From Candidatus Nanoarchaeia archaeon (GTDB lineage Archaea > Nanobdellota > Nanobdellia > SCGC-AAA011-G17 > JACPNG01), in assembly GCA_028714095.1 (NCBI GenBank), contig JAQTMY010000001.1:277804-341803 (forward strand): a stretch of DNA of 64,000 nucleotides, written 5' to 3'. The position numbers were made by a program, and so were the translations under genes. Positions 36,105-44,687 of the stretch are shown in pieces; position 1 is the first letter of the stretch; each line of letters begins with the position of its first letter. The notes beneath the pieces were generated by a model that worked only from the letters and a program-made list of their open reading frames with translations, ran no database searches and was not told the DNA's origin.

Positions 36105-36119
36105 ATTCTGAGTCAGAAT
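36105..36119. promoter_or_regulatory. 15-nt perfect palindrome ATTCTGAGTCAGAAT
   Basis: Lies 38-52 nt upstream of the PKD lipoprotein ATG; a candidate operator. Confidence 0.3.
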
Positions 36120-36301
36120 TTTATAATCTAAATTACCTTTTAATATCTCCTTTTGTTAAGGTAATTCGGGTTATCCTTTAAGTTTAGATTTCCACATAGA
36201 AATCTAAGTATTGATGAATTATAAAATTCCGGCTTTTAAATACCGGAGAATAGGTAAGTAATTTATTTATAAACTTTGCTATTACTGAGTTAGGACAAAA
36301 A

Positions 36302-37111
36302 TTAGAGCTTTTGGTTGTTTTTCTTGTCTTCTCCAATACATATCTGGTAGAAATCGCATTCTCCATTCCCCCACTTACATAAAGCCCCCTGGCATTTAGG
36401 ATAATCCTTAACATCATCACTCTGAGTTAATTCATGGATTTTTTTAACCTCAGATTTAGCATAATCAATCAAGGCTTTATCAACATCAATAAACTCCTCT
36501 CCAAATCTTAGAAAATTAATCCCTGCCTTTGAAGGCATTTTTCCATATTTCTCTAAATATAATAAAGAATAAAGAGCTAGCTGTAATTTATATTCAGGAG
36601 TTATATATTCCTTATTTGAAGTTTTATAATCAACAATAATCCCTTCTTCATCATAAACCGCATCAATATACCCTCTTATCTTGTATTTATTGCTAATGAC
36701 TTCTACCTCTGTTTTTGGTTTTAATTTATTAAAACTATTAATTAAATCATCAGGATTTAGTTTATCTAATAAGTCATTAACCCAGCTCCCGATCATGTCC
36801 CTTGTTTCTTCAAAATAAAAACCAATTTTTTCCTTGAAAGGAACAGATTCAAAAATATCTGTTTTATTGTCAACCCAGTGTTTTTTTAATAATTCCAAAG
36901 CAAGCATCTTTAGTTCAAACTCAAAATTCTCTTTTGAAATCTGGTTAATGTCAACTTTGAAAAAATCCTCTAAAACACTATGGACAATGTTCCCCCTAAC
37001 AAGATGTATTGATTTTTTTGTTGGAAATCCCTTGATGTATTGATAATAATACCTTCTAGGGCACTGTTTATACATGTTTATTGAACTGGCAGAATGATAT
37101 TCCCTAGGCAT
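36302..37111 (-). CDS. PD-(D/E)XK nuclease with Fe-S Cys cluster (Cas4/RecB-exonuclease family)
   Basis: N-terminal CPRRYYYQY. GYIDAVYDEEGIIVDYKTS nuclease core. C-terminal CQGALCKWGNGECDFYQIC. TATATAAA at 37133-40. Confidence 0.7.
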   Translation of the reverse strand: MPREYHSASSINMYKQCPRRYYYQYIKGFPTKKSIHLVRGNIVHSVLEDFFKVDINQISKENFEFELKMLALELLKKHWVDNKTDIFESVPFKEKIGFYFEETRDMIGSWVNDLLDKLNPDDLINSFNKLKPKTEVEVISNKYKIRGYIDAVYDEEGIIVDYKTSNKEYITPEYKLQLALYSLLYLEKYGKMPSKAGINFLRFGEEFIDVDKALIDYAKSEVKKIHELTQSDDVKDYPKCQGALCKWGNGECDFYQICIGEDKKNNQKL

Positions 37112-37168
37112 CTATCATAAAATTTTTAACGATATATAAATTTAAGTGTACTAAAAACAATATATTTT

Positions 37169-38299
37169 CTAAATTCCAATGCTTTTCATTAATTCTTCTT
37201 TATTAAACTCTTTTAAATTATCATAATTTTGGCCGGTTCCGTAATAAATTATTGGTTTTCCTGTTATGTATGAAACAGAAATTGCAGCCCCACCCTTTTC
37301 ATCAACATCTAACTTGCTTAGTATTATTGCATCAATCCCAATTGCTTCATTAAAATCTCTAACCTGTTCTATACAGTCATTTCCAGTAATAGATTCTCCA
37401 ACAAAAATCTTTAAATCAGGTTTAGAAATTCTTATTATTTTTTTCATCTCATCAATTAAATTTTTATTGCTGTGCAGTCTCCCTGCAGTATCAATCAAAA
37501 CAACATCTATCTTTTTGGATTCAGCATGTTTTATCCCATCATAGCAGACCGCTGCAGGATCTGCTCCATACTCCTGTTTTATTACTTTTATGCCTAATTT
37601 GTTTCCATGCTCTTCTAACTGTTGGATTGCTGCTGCCCTGAAAGTATCTGCAGCAACCAGAATACAACTTAAATTATTATCCTGTAATTTCTTTGCAATT
37701 TTTGCAATCGTTGTTGTTTTCCCGCTCCCATTTACGCCAACAAAGACAATAACAAAAGGTTTTTTTTCTTTAACCTTCTTTATTAAATCAAATTTGTTAT
37801 CTTCAAATAAACCTTCAATGCTTGACTTTAAGCTTTCAAGGATAGTCTCTTCAATCTTGCCTTTTTTTAATGGACTGTCAACCAGGTCTTTTTTTAAATC
37901 TTCTTTTATTTTTTCAATAACTTCTAAAGCTACATTACTTTCAAGCAAAGCTAATTCCAATTCATAAAATAATTCATCAAACTTTTCCTCATCAATCTTC
38001 TTTGTTGTTATGACTTCATGGAATTTTTTGAAGAAACCCTTTTTTTCCTTAAATTCTTCCTTTTCCTCAATAACTTCTGGTTTCTTTATCTCTCCCCTAA
38101 ATAATTCCTTTTCTTCTGTTTTCTCTTCAAAATCTCTTGTTTTTTTATGTTCTACTTTTTCTTCCTTGACTTCAACGATTTTTTCTTTTGGTTTTTCCTC
38201 TACCTTAACTTCTATTCTCTCTTCAGGAGCCTCTTCTTCCACTTTTTTAGAGAAGATTTTTGTTGCTTCCTTTATCTTTTCCTTTAAAAACTTAAACAT
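37169..38299 (-). CDS. ftsY: SRP receptor FtsY
   Basis: Acidic N-terminal region, GVNGSGKTTTIAKIA, DTAGR. Confidence 0.92.
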   Translation of the reverse strand: MFKFLKEKIKEATKIFSKKVEEEAPEERIEVKVEEKPKEKIVEVKEEKVEHKKTRDFEEKTEEKELFRGEIKKPEVIEEKEEFKEKKGFFKKFHEVITTKKIDEEKFDELFYELELALLESNVALEVIEKIKEDLKKDLVDSPLKKGKIEETILESLKSSIEGLFEDNKFDLIKKVKEKKPFVIVFVGVNGSGKTTTIAKIAKKLQDNNLSCILVAADTFRAAAIQQLEEHGNKLGIKVIKQEYGADPAAVCYDGIKHAESKKIDVVLIDTAGRLHSNKNLIDEMKKIIRISKPDLKIFVGESITGNDCIEQVRDFNEAIGIDAIILSKLDVDEKGGAAISVSYITGKPIIYYGTGQNYDNLKEFNKEELMKSIGI

Positions 38300-38320
38300 A
38301 GAATTAGCTAATAGCTTTAA

Positions 38321-38328
38321 TTTATAAA
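38321..38328 (-). promoter_or_regulatory. TATA box TTTATAAA (ftsY)
   Basis: Lies 22-29 nt upstream of the ATG at 38299. Confidence 0.45.
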
Positions 38329-38421
38329 CTTAGTGCCACCTTTATCTCATACTTTATCTAATCTGGACTCCGCGGTCCGATCCCCGTGGCCCATATTCTA
38401 GAAAAGATTATATACTAAAAA

Positions 38422-38610
38422 TTGGTGATTAATCGTATGGATAAAAATAATTTTAGTTTAATCAGATTTATAAGTGGGATTATATTTTGTTTAAGTAGTG
38501 CAATTTTAATGTTCTTAGGAAATCAAGATATTCCCATACCTGTTAAAATTAGTTTATTAATTGTAGGTATTGGTTTAATTTCATCCTCTAGATTTAGATT
38601 ATTAAAATAA
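38422..38610 (+). CDS. Small two-helix membrane protein (hypothetical)
   Basis: 62-aa ORF only. Confidence 0.3.
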   Translation: MVINRMDKNNFSLIRFISGIIFCLSSAILMFLGNQDIPIPVKISLLIVGIGLISSSRFRLLK

Positions 38611-38635
38611 ATTGGGCTCAAAATTATGAACTTAA

Positions 38636-39604
38636 TCAAACGCCCAGAGCATACATTTTTTTGATAACTAATGTCCCATAACTTCCAGGGGGCAATTCAA
38701 AATTAACTTCTGCAGTCTTATCATCAATCTGTTTTAATCTAAGATTATTTACCTTGATTAATAAGTTCCTTTCATTCCCTTCAGAGCTTGCCTCCGGTAA
38801 TTCTTTAATTAAAAAATCCTCTTCTTTGATTCCTTCCTCAGATAAAAGACCCTTGTAAATTTCTCCAATCTCTCCCTTCAGTTCTGTCAAGAACCCAACA
38901 ACAGGAACTTTGATATTTTCCACTTTATTATTGGAAACAATCATATCCCCGCTAAAATTTTCTATTGTTTTATAATTCTCATACTTTTTTCCGAGGTGAC
39001 TATAAAGTGCTTTGTTGAACAAATAACTTTGATAGGCATTGACATAAAATCTTAGTTTTTTACTTCCAATCTTTCTTATCTCGCTGACATAATCCTTGCC
39101 CTTGACTTCTAATCTAAGCATATTGCAGAATTCAGAAAATCTTTTCTTTACCAAACTTTGTCCTAGTAAATGATTTCTTCCTGAAAATCTTTGGTCATCA
39201 AAATAATTTTCCATAAAATTAACTTTTCCTAGTTTTTTATCCAAGTTTCTCACAATAATCTTAAAGATATTTCCTCTTAGCTGTCCAAGTCTTAATCTTT
39301 CATTCCCATAACCAACAAATTTTATTTTTGTGTCTTTAATTAAAACCCTTTCAATTTTGTCTTTCTTAACCCCCCGAACAGAAAAATATTGTTTGGTTTC
39401 AGCATTCTTGTCTTTTAGCCCAGCAACATTAAAGTTTTTCTCGCTTATCTTCCCTCTCCTTGCTAGTTCTTTTATCACATCCATCGTGTTCCAGTTTTTT
39501 TTCCATAATAAGAAGTAAGCGTACTCTCCAGATTTTTTAAGTTCCTTAAAGTCCGGAATTTCTTCAACATAAAAGTCCTCTGGTTGTTGTTTTATTATAT
39601 ACAT
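38636..39604 (-). CDS. truD: tRNA pseudouridine synthase D (Pus7/TruD)
   Basis: QPEDFYVEEI start region and catalytic GLKDKNAETKQYFSV motif. Confidence 0.85.
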   Translation of the reverse strand: MYIIKQQPEDFYVEEIPDFKELKKSGEYAYFLLWKKNWNTMDVIKELARRGKISEKNFNVAGLKDKNAETKQYFSVRGVKKDKIERVLIKDTKIKFVGYGNERLRLGQLRGNIFKIIVRNLDKKLGKVNFMENYFDDQRFSGRNHLLGQSLVKKRFSEFCNMLRLEVKGKDYVSEIRKIGSKKLRFYVNAYQSYLFNKALYSHLGKKYENYKTIENFSGDMIVSNNKVENIKVPVVGFLTELKGEIGEIYKGLLSEEGIKEEDFLIKELPEASSEGNERNLLIKVNNLRLKQIDDKTAEVNFELPPGSYGTLVIKKMYALGV

Positions 39605-39688
39605 AATCTTTTAATAAAACCAAAAATCTATAAACTTATCTATTTTAAAATATAAATCCTTTTAAAAGAAATTATATTAGGCATAAAA

Positions 39689-40306
39689 ATGGCTGAAGTT
39701 GTCATAACCTATGAAACATTATATGAACTTCTGAGAAGAGAAAAGTTTAGAGAAGAACTCCAAAAACTGGATGAAAATTTCTTTAAGGATGTAGTCAACT
39801 ATCTTAAGGATAAGACTTTAATCTTAAATTCCCAGTCCCAGAAAGAATCAATCTTTACATCTGTTGAAACAAGCAAAACTAAAAGACAGATAGAGAATAC
39901 ATCTAAAATCTTAAAAGAACTCTATGAAAGAAGAGAAGCAAAGATAGTAAGAATGGCCATGTTTTCTTCAAGAGCAGAAGACCCAATACAAATTGAATCC
40001 TTATTGCCAGAAGAAAAGAAAATGTATGAATCATTAAAAGAGACACTTGATTCATTTAGGCAGGGCATCCTTTATAATTTGCTTGCTGAGAAAATGCCTG
40101 AAATGGTTAAAAATGAGATTTCAAAAGATTTAAAAACCCCCGAAATCCCGAGAAGTAATAAGTTAATAAAATTTAAAGAGGCTGTACCAAAATTTATTGG
40201 TGAAGATACCTATATTTATGGTCCTTTCGAGCCTGAAGACATAGCAAACCTGCCAATAAAAACGGCAGATTTATTAATACAAAAAAATAGAGCTGAACCG
40301 ATATGA
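39689..40306 (+). CDS. GINS-like DNA replication complex subunit (Gins51/15-type)
   Basis: TYETLYELLRREKFREELQKLDENFF..YERREAKIVRMA..LLPEEKKMYESL matches my memory of the archaeal GINS A-domain pattern. ATGA overlap with rpl44e. Confidence 0.55.
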   Translation: MAEVVITYETLYELLRREKFREELQKLDENFFKDVVNYLKDKTLILNSQSQKESIFTSVETSKTKRQIENTSKILKELYERREAKIVRMAMFSSRAEDPIQIESLLPEEKKMYESLKETLDSFRQGILYNLLAEKMPEMVKNEISKDLKTPEIPRSNKLIKFKEAVPKFIGEDTYIYGPFEPEDIANLPIKTADLLIQKNRAEPI

Positions 40307-40608
40307 AAATCCCAAAAACAATCAAAAGATATTGCAAAAAATGCAACAAACCTACTGAACATTCTATTAATTTAGCAAAAAAAAGAGATAGAGGTACCTT
40401 AAAGAGGGGTTCTATTGCAAGAGGTAAGAAAAGAGGTAGAGGAGCAGGTTTAGGAAACAAAGGAAGATGGGGTTCTAAGCCAACTAAACCCAAGATGTCT
40501 GGAAAGAAAACCTCTAAGAAAAGGGACCTAAGATTTAAGTGCAAGGAATGCGGAAAAACCTCTGTTCAAAAAAAAGGAGTAAGAACCAAGAAAATGGTTT
40601 TTGAATAA
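40303..40608 (+). CDS. rpl44e: 50S ribosomal protein L44e
   Basis: [29 protein letters not shown] zinc-ribbon r-protein pattern. Confidence 0.85.
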   Translation: MKIPKTIKRYCKKCNKPTEHSINLAKKRDRGTLKRGSIARGKKRGRGAGLGNKGRWGSKPTKPKMSGKKTSKKRDLRFKCKECGKTSVQKKGVRTKKMVFE

Positions 40609-40612
40609 GAAT

Positions 40613-40801
40613 ATGAGAACAGCAACAAAACAACCATTAAGCAAATTTTTAAGGGTAAGATGCGCTAAATGCAAAAATGAACAAATCATATTTGGTAAGC
40701 CAGCCTCAAGAGTAGATTGCTTAGTATGTAATACTCCATTAGCAGAACCTTCGGGTGGAAAAGGTAAATTCAAGGGCAGAGTTTTGGAGGTTCTTGAATA
40801 A
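40613..40801 (+). CDS. rps27e: 30S ribosomal protein S27e
   Basis: [42 protein letters not shown] at 40613 is preferred over the TTG at 40601. Confidence 0.85.
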   Translation: MRTATKQPLSKFLRVRCAKCKNEQIIFGKPASRVDCLVCNTPLAEPSGGKGKFKGRVLEVLE

Positions 40802-41587
40802 ATGTTTTATAAGAAACAAGGTTTGCCAGAAGAATCTGATGTAGTCATTTGTACAGTAAAAAAGATACTGCCTCATTCTGTTTTTGTTGATCTTGATGAA
40901 TATGAAAATCTGGAAGGTATGCTTCATATTTCAGAAGTTGCTCCAGGAAGAATAAGAAATCTTCGTGATTATGTAATTGAAGGCAAGAAATTAGTATGCA
41001 AGATACTTAAAGTTGACACTTATCAAAGACAGATTGATCTTTCATTAAGAAGGGTTCCAATTTCTCTTATGAAAAAGAAGAATGAAGAATATAAACAGGA
41101 ACAGAAGGCAGAGAAACTTTTGGAATTCCTGGCAAAGAATAATAAAATTGATATTAAAACCGTTTATGAAAAAATTGGTAATAAGCTTGTTGAGGAATTT
41201 GGTGGTTTATATTATGCTTTTGAAGAGATTGTTAAGGATAAAACCGATTTAAGGCATTTAAAGATTGAGGAAAAATTAAGGAAAGACGTAATCGAGTTAG
41301 TCAAGGATAAAATTAAACTCCCAGAGTTCAGGGCAAAAACTTTTTTGATATTATCTTCTCCAACTTCAATAGGGATTAGGGATATTAAGGAATCAGTAAG
41401 CAAGGGAGTTGAATTTGCAAATAAAAATAACTATAAGGTTAAATTATCTTATGTAAGTGCTCCAAGATACAAACTGGAAGTATTTTCTACAGATCATAAA
41501 ACAGCGGAAAAAGGGCTTAAAGAAATTTCTGAATTCATAATAAAAGAATTAATCTCAAGGGGGGGTGTTGCAGAATCCCAAAAATAG
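40802..41587 (+). CDS. eif2a: Translation initiation factor aIF2 alpha
   Basis: S1 domain PEESDVVICTVKKILPHSVFVDLDEY..EGMLHISEVAPGRIRNLRDYV. Confidence 0.9.
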   Translation: MFYKKQGLPEESDVVICTVKKILPHSVFVDLDEYENLEGMLHISEVAPGRIRNLRDYVIEGKKLVCKILKVDTYQRQIDLSLRRVPISLMKKKNEEYKQEQKAEKLLEFLAKNNKIDIKTVYEKIGNKLVEEFGGLYYAFEEIVKDKTDLRHLKIEEKLRKDVIELVKDKIKLPEFRAKTFLILSSPTSIGIRDIKESVSKGVEFANKNNYKVKLSYVSAPRYKLEVFSTDHKTAEKGLKEISEFIIKELISRGGVAESQK

Positions 41588-41592
41588 AAATA

Positions 41593-41742
41593 TTGCACTG
41601 TGGTTCTTGTAATCTATATACTCTTGAAAAAAAATGCCCTAAATGTAACAAAGAAACACAATCAAACAAACCAGCAAGATATTCTATAGAAGATAAATAT
41701 GGAGAATATAGAAGGAAAGCTAAAAAACTATTTAAAGGGTGA
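41593..41742 (+). CDS. nop10: H/ACA RNP protein Nop10
   Basis: Hand translation: (L/M)HCGSCNLYTLEKKCPKCNKETQSNKPARYSIEDKYGEYRRKAKKLFKG. No in-frame ATG, so TTG at 41593 is the candidate start. The aIF2alpha-Nop10 pair is conserved. Confidence 0.7.
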   Translation: MHCGSCNLYTLEKKCPKCNKETQSNKPARYSIEDKYGEYRRKAKKLFKG

Positions 41743-41758
41743 AATTCAAGGTTAGAAA

Positions 41759-42508
41759 ATGGTATTTGAATTCAAATTTCTGAAAAAGGTGAAAATTAAT
41801 AATGCAATCCTTATAGAGGGTCTGCCAGGAATTGGAAATGTTGGAAAATTAACTTCTGATTTTCTTATTGAATCCTTAGATGCAGAAAAAATAATCGACA
41901 TAAGAACATATGACTTGCCTAATGCAGTCTTTGTCAATGAAGACAGCGTTGTTGAACTTCCTTCTCTGGCAATATACTATAAAAAACAGCCAAAGAATGA
42001 TTTGCTTATTTTGGCAGGCGATGTTCAGCCATTAGATGAAAGAGCATGTTATGAATTTTGTGATTCATTATTAAAATTTCTGAAGAAGAATAATGTAAAG
42101 GAAATAATTGCCCTGGGTGGGATAGGACTTGGGACAGAGCCAATTGAACCAAAAGTTTACTCTGCTTCTAATGATAAACGTATTACCTCAAGATATAAAC
42201 ATAAAAATCTTACCCATGATATCTTTGGGATTGTAGGGCCAATAGTTGGAGTAACAGGAATACTCCCTGCTTTGGCAAAAGACTATAACATACCTTCAAT
42301 AATATTATTGGCAGAAACATTAGGGCATCCAGGATATATTGGTATTAAGGGAGCAAGAGCAATTTTGCAGATTTTAAAAGAGAAATTTAATCTTAAACTT
42401 GACCTTAAGCAGATGGACGAAGAAATTACAGAATTGGAAAAAGAGATGAAAACTAAAGATTTAACAAAGATAGCAAAGAAAAGCAGCGGTATTGATTATA
42501 TTGGTTAA
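41759..42508 (+). CDS. PAC2-family proteasome assembly chaperone-like protein
   Basis: INNAILIEGLPGIGNVGKLTSDFLIE N-terminal signature. Confidence 0.7.
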   Translation: MVFEFKFLKKVKINNAILIEGLPGIGNVGKLTSDFLIESLDAEKIIDIRTYDLPNAVFVNEDSVVELPSLAIYYKKQPKNDLLILAGDVQPLDERACYEFCDSLLKFLKKNNVKEIIALGGIGLGTEPIEPKVYSASNDKRITSRYKHKNLTHDIFGIVGPIVGVTGILPALAKDYNIPSIILLAETLGHPGYIGIKGARAILQILKEKFNLKLDLKQMDEEITELEKEMKTKDLTKIAKKSSGIDYIG

Positions 42509-43722
42509 AATAATTTTGTTTGTTTCTCTTCTCTATCTTCTTTAATCTCGCCATAAACCCCATCGTATCCAGGATTAAATTTAAGTTTGCCTTCCCTGTT
42601 TTTTATAATAAGATCAGCAAGTTTTCTGTCAGTTACTTTTAAGATATCTTCATAAGAACTATTCATTAAAATATGATACTCATTTCCAAGATATTTAATC
42701 ATTCTGTTATAAATTTCTATTATCTTTTTTGATTCTAACTGTTTAATGTTATAAATAAAACTTATTAATTCAGTTAAAGGAATTAATTTATGATAAGGTT
42801 TATAGTTCTTAGCCTTAAATCCAGAAGGCCTGTCTGCTAATTCCTCTACTCTGTATTCAACTCCAATAGTCAATGGTTTGTTGCACTTAGGACATATTCC
42901 ATTTAGATTTCTGCTTTCATTAGGATTTAGATGGACGTTGCATAATCTATGGCCATCCCAGTGATATTTTCCATACTCAGGATAAACTTCTATTGTTCCA
43001 CTTAAATTATCCCCAGTTCTTATCGCATTTAATATGTTATTGTAAGTTAATTCACCGGAAAATATTGTTGCCTCTCTTCCTAATCTCCATGGATGAAAAG
43101 AATGTAAATCTGAAAAACTGACAATATTGAAATTATCCAAGCTTTTTACTCTCATATTCATTTCAGGATCACTTGACATTCCTGTTTCAAAAGCATGAAC
43201 CTTGTTTATTTTATCTCCAAAACATTGTTGCAAAGAATCAAAACCAGACTTGCTTCCTAAAGCACCAAACCACGAAGTCCATGCATGAGCTGGAATAACT
43301 TCAATCTTATCACTTATGTTATTTAACTTTTCAACAAACTCGATGCTTGACATTCCAAAAATAGGCCTGCCGTCATAATCAACTCTCCCTTTTTTTAATA
43401 ATTCATCTGTTATCTGTTTGACAACTTCTCCATTAGGGGCTAAAACAACAAGATGAACTCTTCTCCCTTTTCCATCCTGAGTATAAGCTAAAGAAATTTC
43501 AGTCTGCCATAAGAAAGGAAATTTATTTTTTGTCCATAAGATCCCATTTTCGTCTTCTGTTAATTTTTCCTTTAATTCCTTAATCCATAATGGATGTGTA
43601 AAATCTCCTGTTCCTAGTAAATCAACGCCTTTAATCCTCGCATTTTCTTCAAGTTTATCAATGTTAATATTTTTACTACAAGCTGCAGCATACCTGCTGT
43701 GTATATGTAAGTCAGCAATCAT
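42505..43722 (-). CDS. PHP-domain endonuclease (EndoQ-like)
   Basis: MIADLHIHSRYAAACS..GVDLLGTGDFTHPLW PHP motifs and Zn finger CPKCNKPLTIGVEYRVEELA. Confidence 0.65.
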   Translation of the reverse strand: MIADLHIHSRYAAACSKNINIDKLEENARIKGVDLLGTGDFTHPLWIKELKEKLTEDENGILWTKNKFPFLWQTEISLAYTQDGKGRRVHLVVLAPNGEVVKQITDELLKKGRVDYDGRPIFGMSSIEFVEKLNNISDKIEVIPAHAWTSWFGALGSKSGFDSLQQCFGDKINKVHAFETGMSSDPEMNMRVKSLDNFNIVSFSDLHSFHPWRLGREATIFSGELTYNNILNAIRTGDNLSGTIEVYPEYGKYHWDGHRLCNVHLNPNESRNLNGICPKCNKPLTIGVEYRVEELADRPSGFKAKNYKPYHKLIPLTELISFIYNIKQLESKKIIEIYNRMIKYLGNEYHILMNSSYEDILKVTDRKLADLIIKNREGKLKFNPGYDGVYGEIKEDREEKQTKLF

Positions 43723-43844
43723 AAGAATAAAAAAAGAGCTAACTATTTAAAGATTATTAGATACTTGTATATACTCAAAATATAAAAAACTTACCAATCT
43801 TTTGGTAAGTTAAATTAATTAAAACAAGACCAAATCTGAATCCG

Positions 43845-44456
43845 CTATAATCTTTTACGATTTCTGGTTAATCCCTTAATTTCATTTAGAATCTCTTTTC
43901 GTATCTTTTGGTCAGCTTTTTCAGGTAATACCCCCCCCGACAGGAGAACAATCTCTTTAAATCCTAATAGGGTAGTTGTGGGGAGTAAAGCCATAGTTTT
44001 GTAGTAGCATAAACTCCCCCCTCCATCTATAATGCTACCGTCCTGTAACCTAGTCATGGATAGTATATCTAAAAGAGAGATAGCGGACTTAGCAATCTCT
44101 ACTCGAGAATTTTCGAGAGATTCAGAGTTGAGCATATCTTTAAATTTTGCAAAGATAGGATCAAGCTCAGCCGTTTGAATCTCCCAATCTTGATGTTTAA
44201 CACACACAAGATAATTGGTGCCTTCTCTAACTTGTTTTACCCAGTAATTAAAAGCAGCTCTGAAGGAATCTACGAGTTCTTCAATACTCTTGAATATTTC
44301 AAGAAGAGTTAATAATTTTTTTTTATCTGAATCTAGATGGAGATCCGAACCTGCTACCATCCTGAGCGGATTAGATATTCTTTTTAACTCGTTACTAATT
44401 GATTCGAACTCAGATAAATCTTTTTTATCTTGAATTTTTCTCTTATTTTCTTCCAT
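43845..44456 (-). CDS. Hypothetical protein
   Basis: 203-aa ORF isolated by 120-nt and 230-nt spacers. Contains a C8/G8 homopolymer at 43931-43938. Confidence 0.4.
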   Translation of the reverse strand: MEENKRKIQDKKDLSEFESISNELKRISNPLRMVAGSDLHLDSDKKKLLTLLEIFKSIEELVDSFRAAFNYWVKQVREGTNYLVCVKHQDWEIQTAELDPIFAKFKDMLNSESLENSRVEIAKSAISLLDILSMTRLQDGSIIDGGGSLCYYKTMALLPTTTLLGFKEIVLLSGGVLPEKADQKIRKEILNEIKGLTRNRKRL

Positions 44457-44687
44457 TTTTCTCCTTTTCTTGGTTTTTCAGTTCTTCCTTTACCTCTAAA
44501 TTTATTTAACCTGTTTAAATTACTAAAAAGAAAGAGGGATTAGGTTTTCCAAGCCTCACATTGGCTTTTGTTGTAGGAAAAACTTAAATTATTTATTCAA
44601 TCACATAAAAAAAGTATATAAAACCTTTTATTTATTTTTTATAAAAAACCACAAAATTTAAATACTAAATGTTAATTATTACAAGAT

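Larger units (their letters stand above)
33421..36119 (-). other. GC-richer bacterial-like two-gene insertion between srp54 and the Cas4-like/ftsY genes
   Basis: Spot GC of individual lines is 37-50% inside versus 22-27% in neighbouring genes. Contents: OMP-like barrel, PKD lipoprotein, intrinsic terminator. Confidence 0.6.

Noticed and set aside
33421-36119. Assembly chimera as the explanation for the bacterial-like cassette
   Set aside because: Both flanks are archaeal on one contig, and the insert is a compact two-gene unit with its own terminator, so a real insertion is more parsimonious. This cannot be excluded without read mapping.
36184-36420. 78-aa minus-strand ORF overlapping the 3' end of the Cas4-like gene
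   Set aside because: It is an out-of-frame overlap with a supported gene and has no motif.
36302-37111. Possibility of a CRISPR-Cas locus because of the Cas4-like nuclease
   Set aside because: I found no direct-repeat/spacer array and no other cas gene anywhere in the window. It is treated as an orphan nuclease.
38330-38400. GC-rich patch (GGACTCCGCGGTCCGATCCCCGTGGCCC) upstream of ftsY
   Set aside because: I checked by eye for a tRNA cloverleaf, C/D boxes (UGAUGA/CUGA) and an SRP motif and found none. Only a 4-bp local hairpin is present.
40194-40927. Minus-strand ORFs of 116, 81 and 62 aa
   Set aside because: They are antisense to the GINS-L44e-S27e-aIF2alpha operon, whose products are all recognisable.
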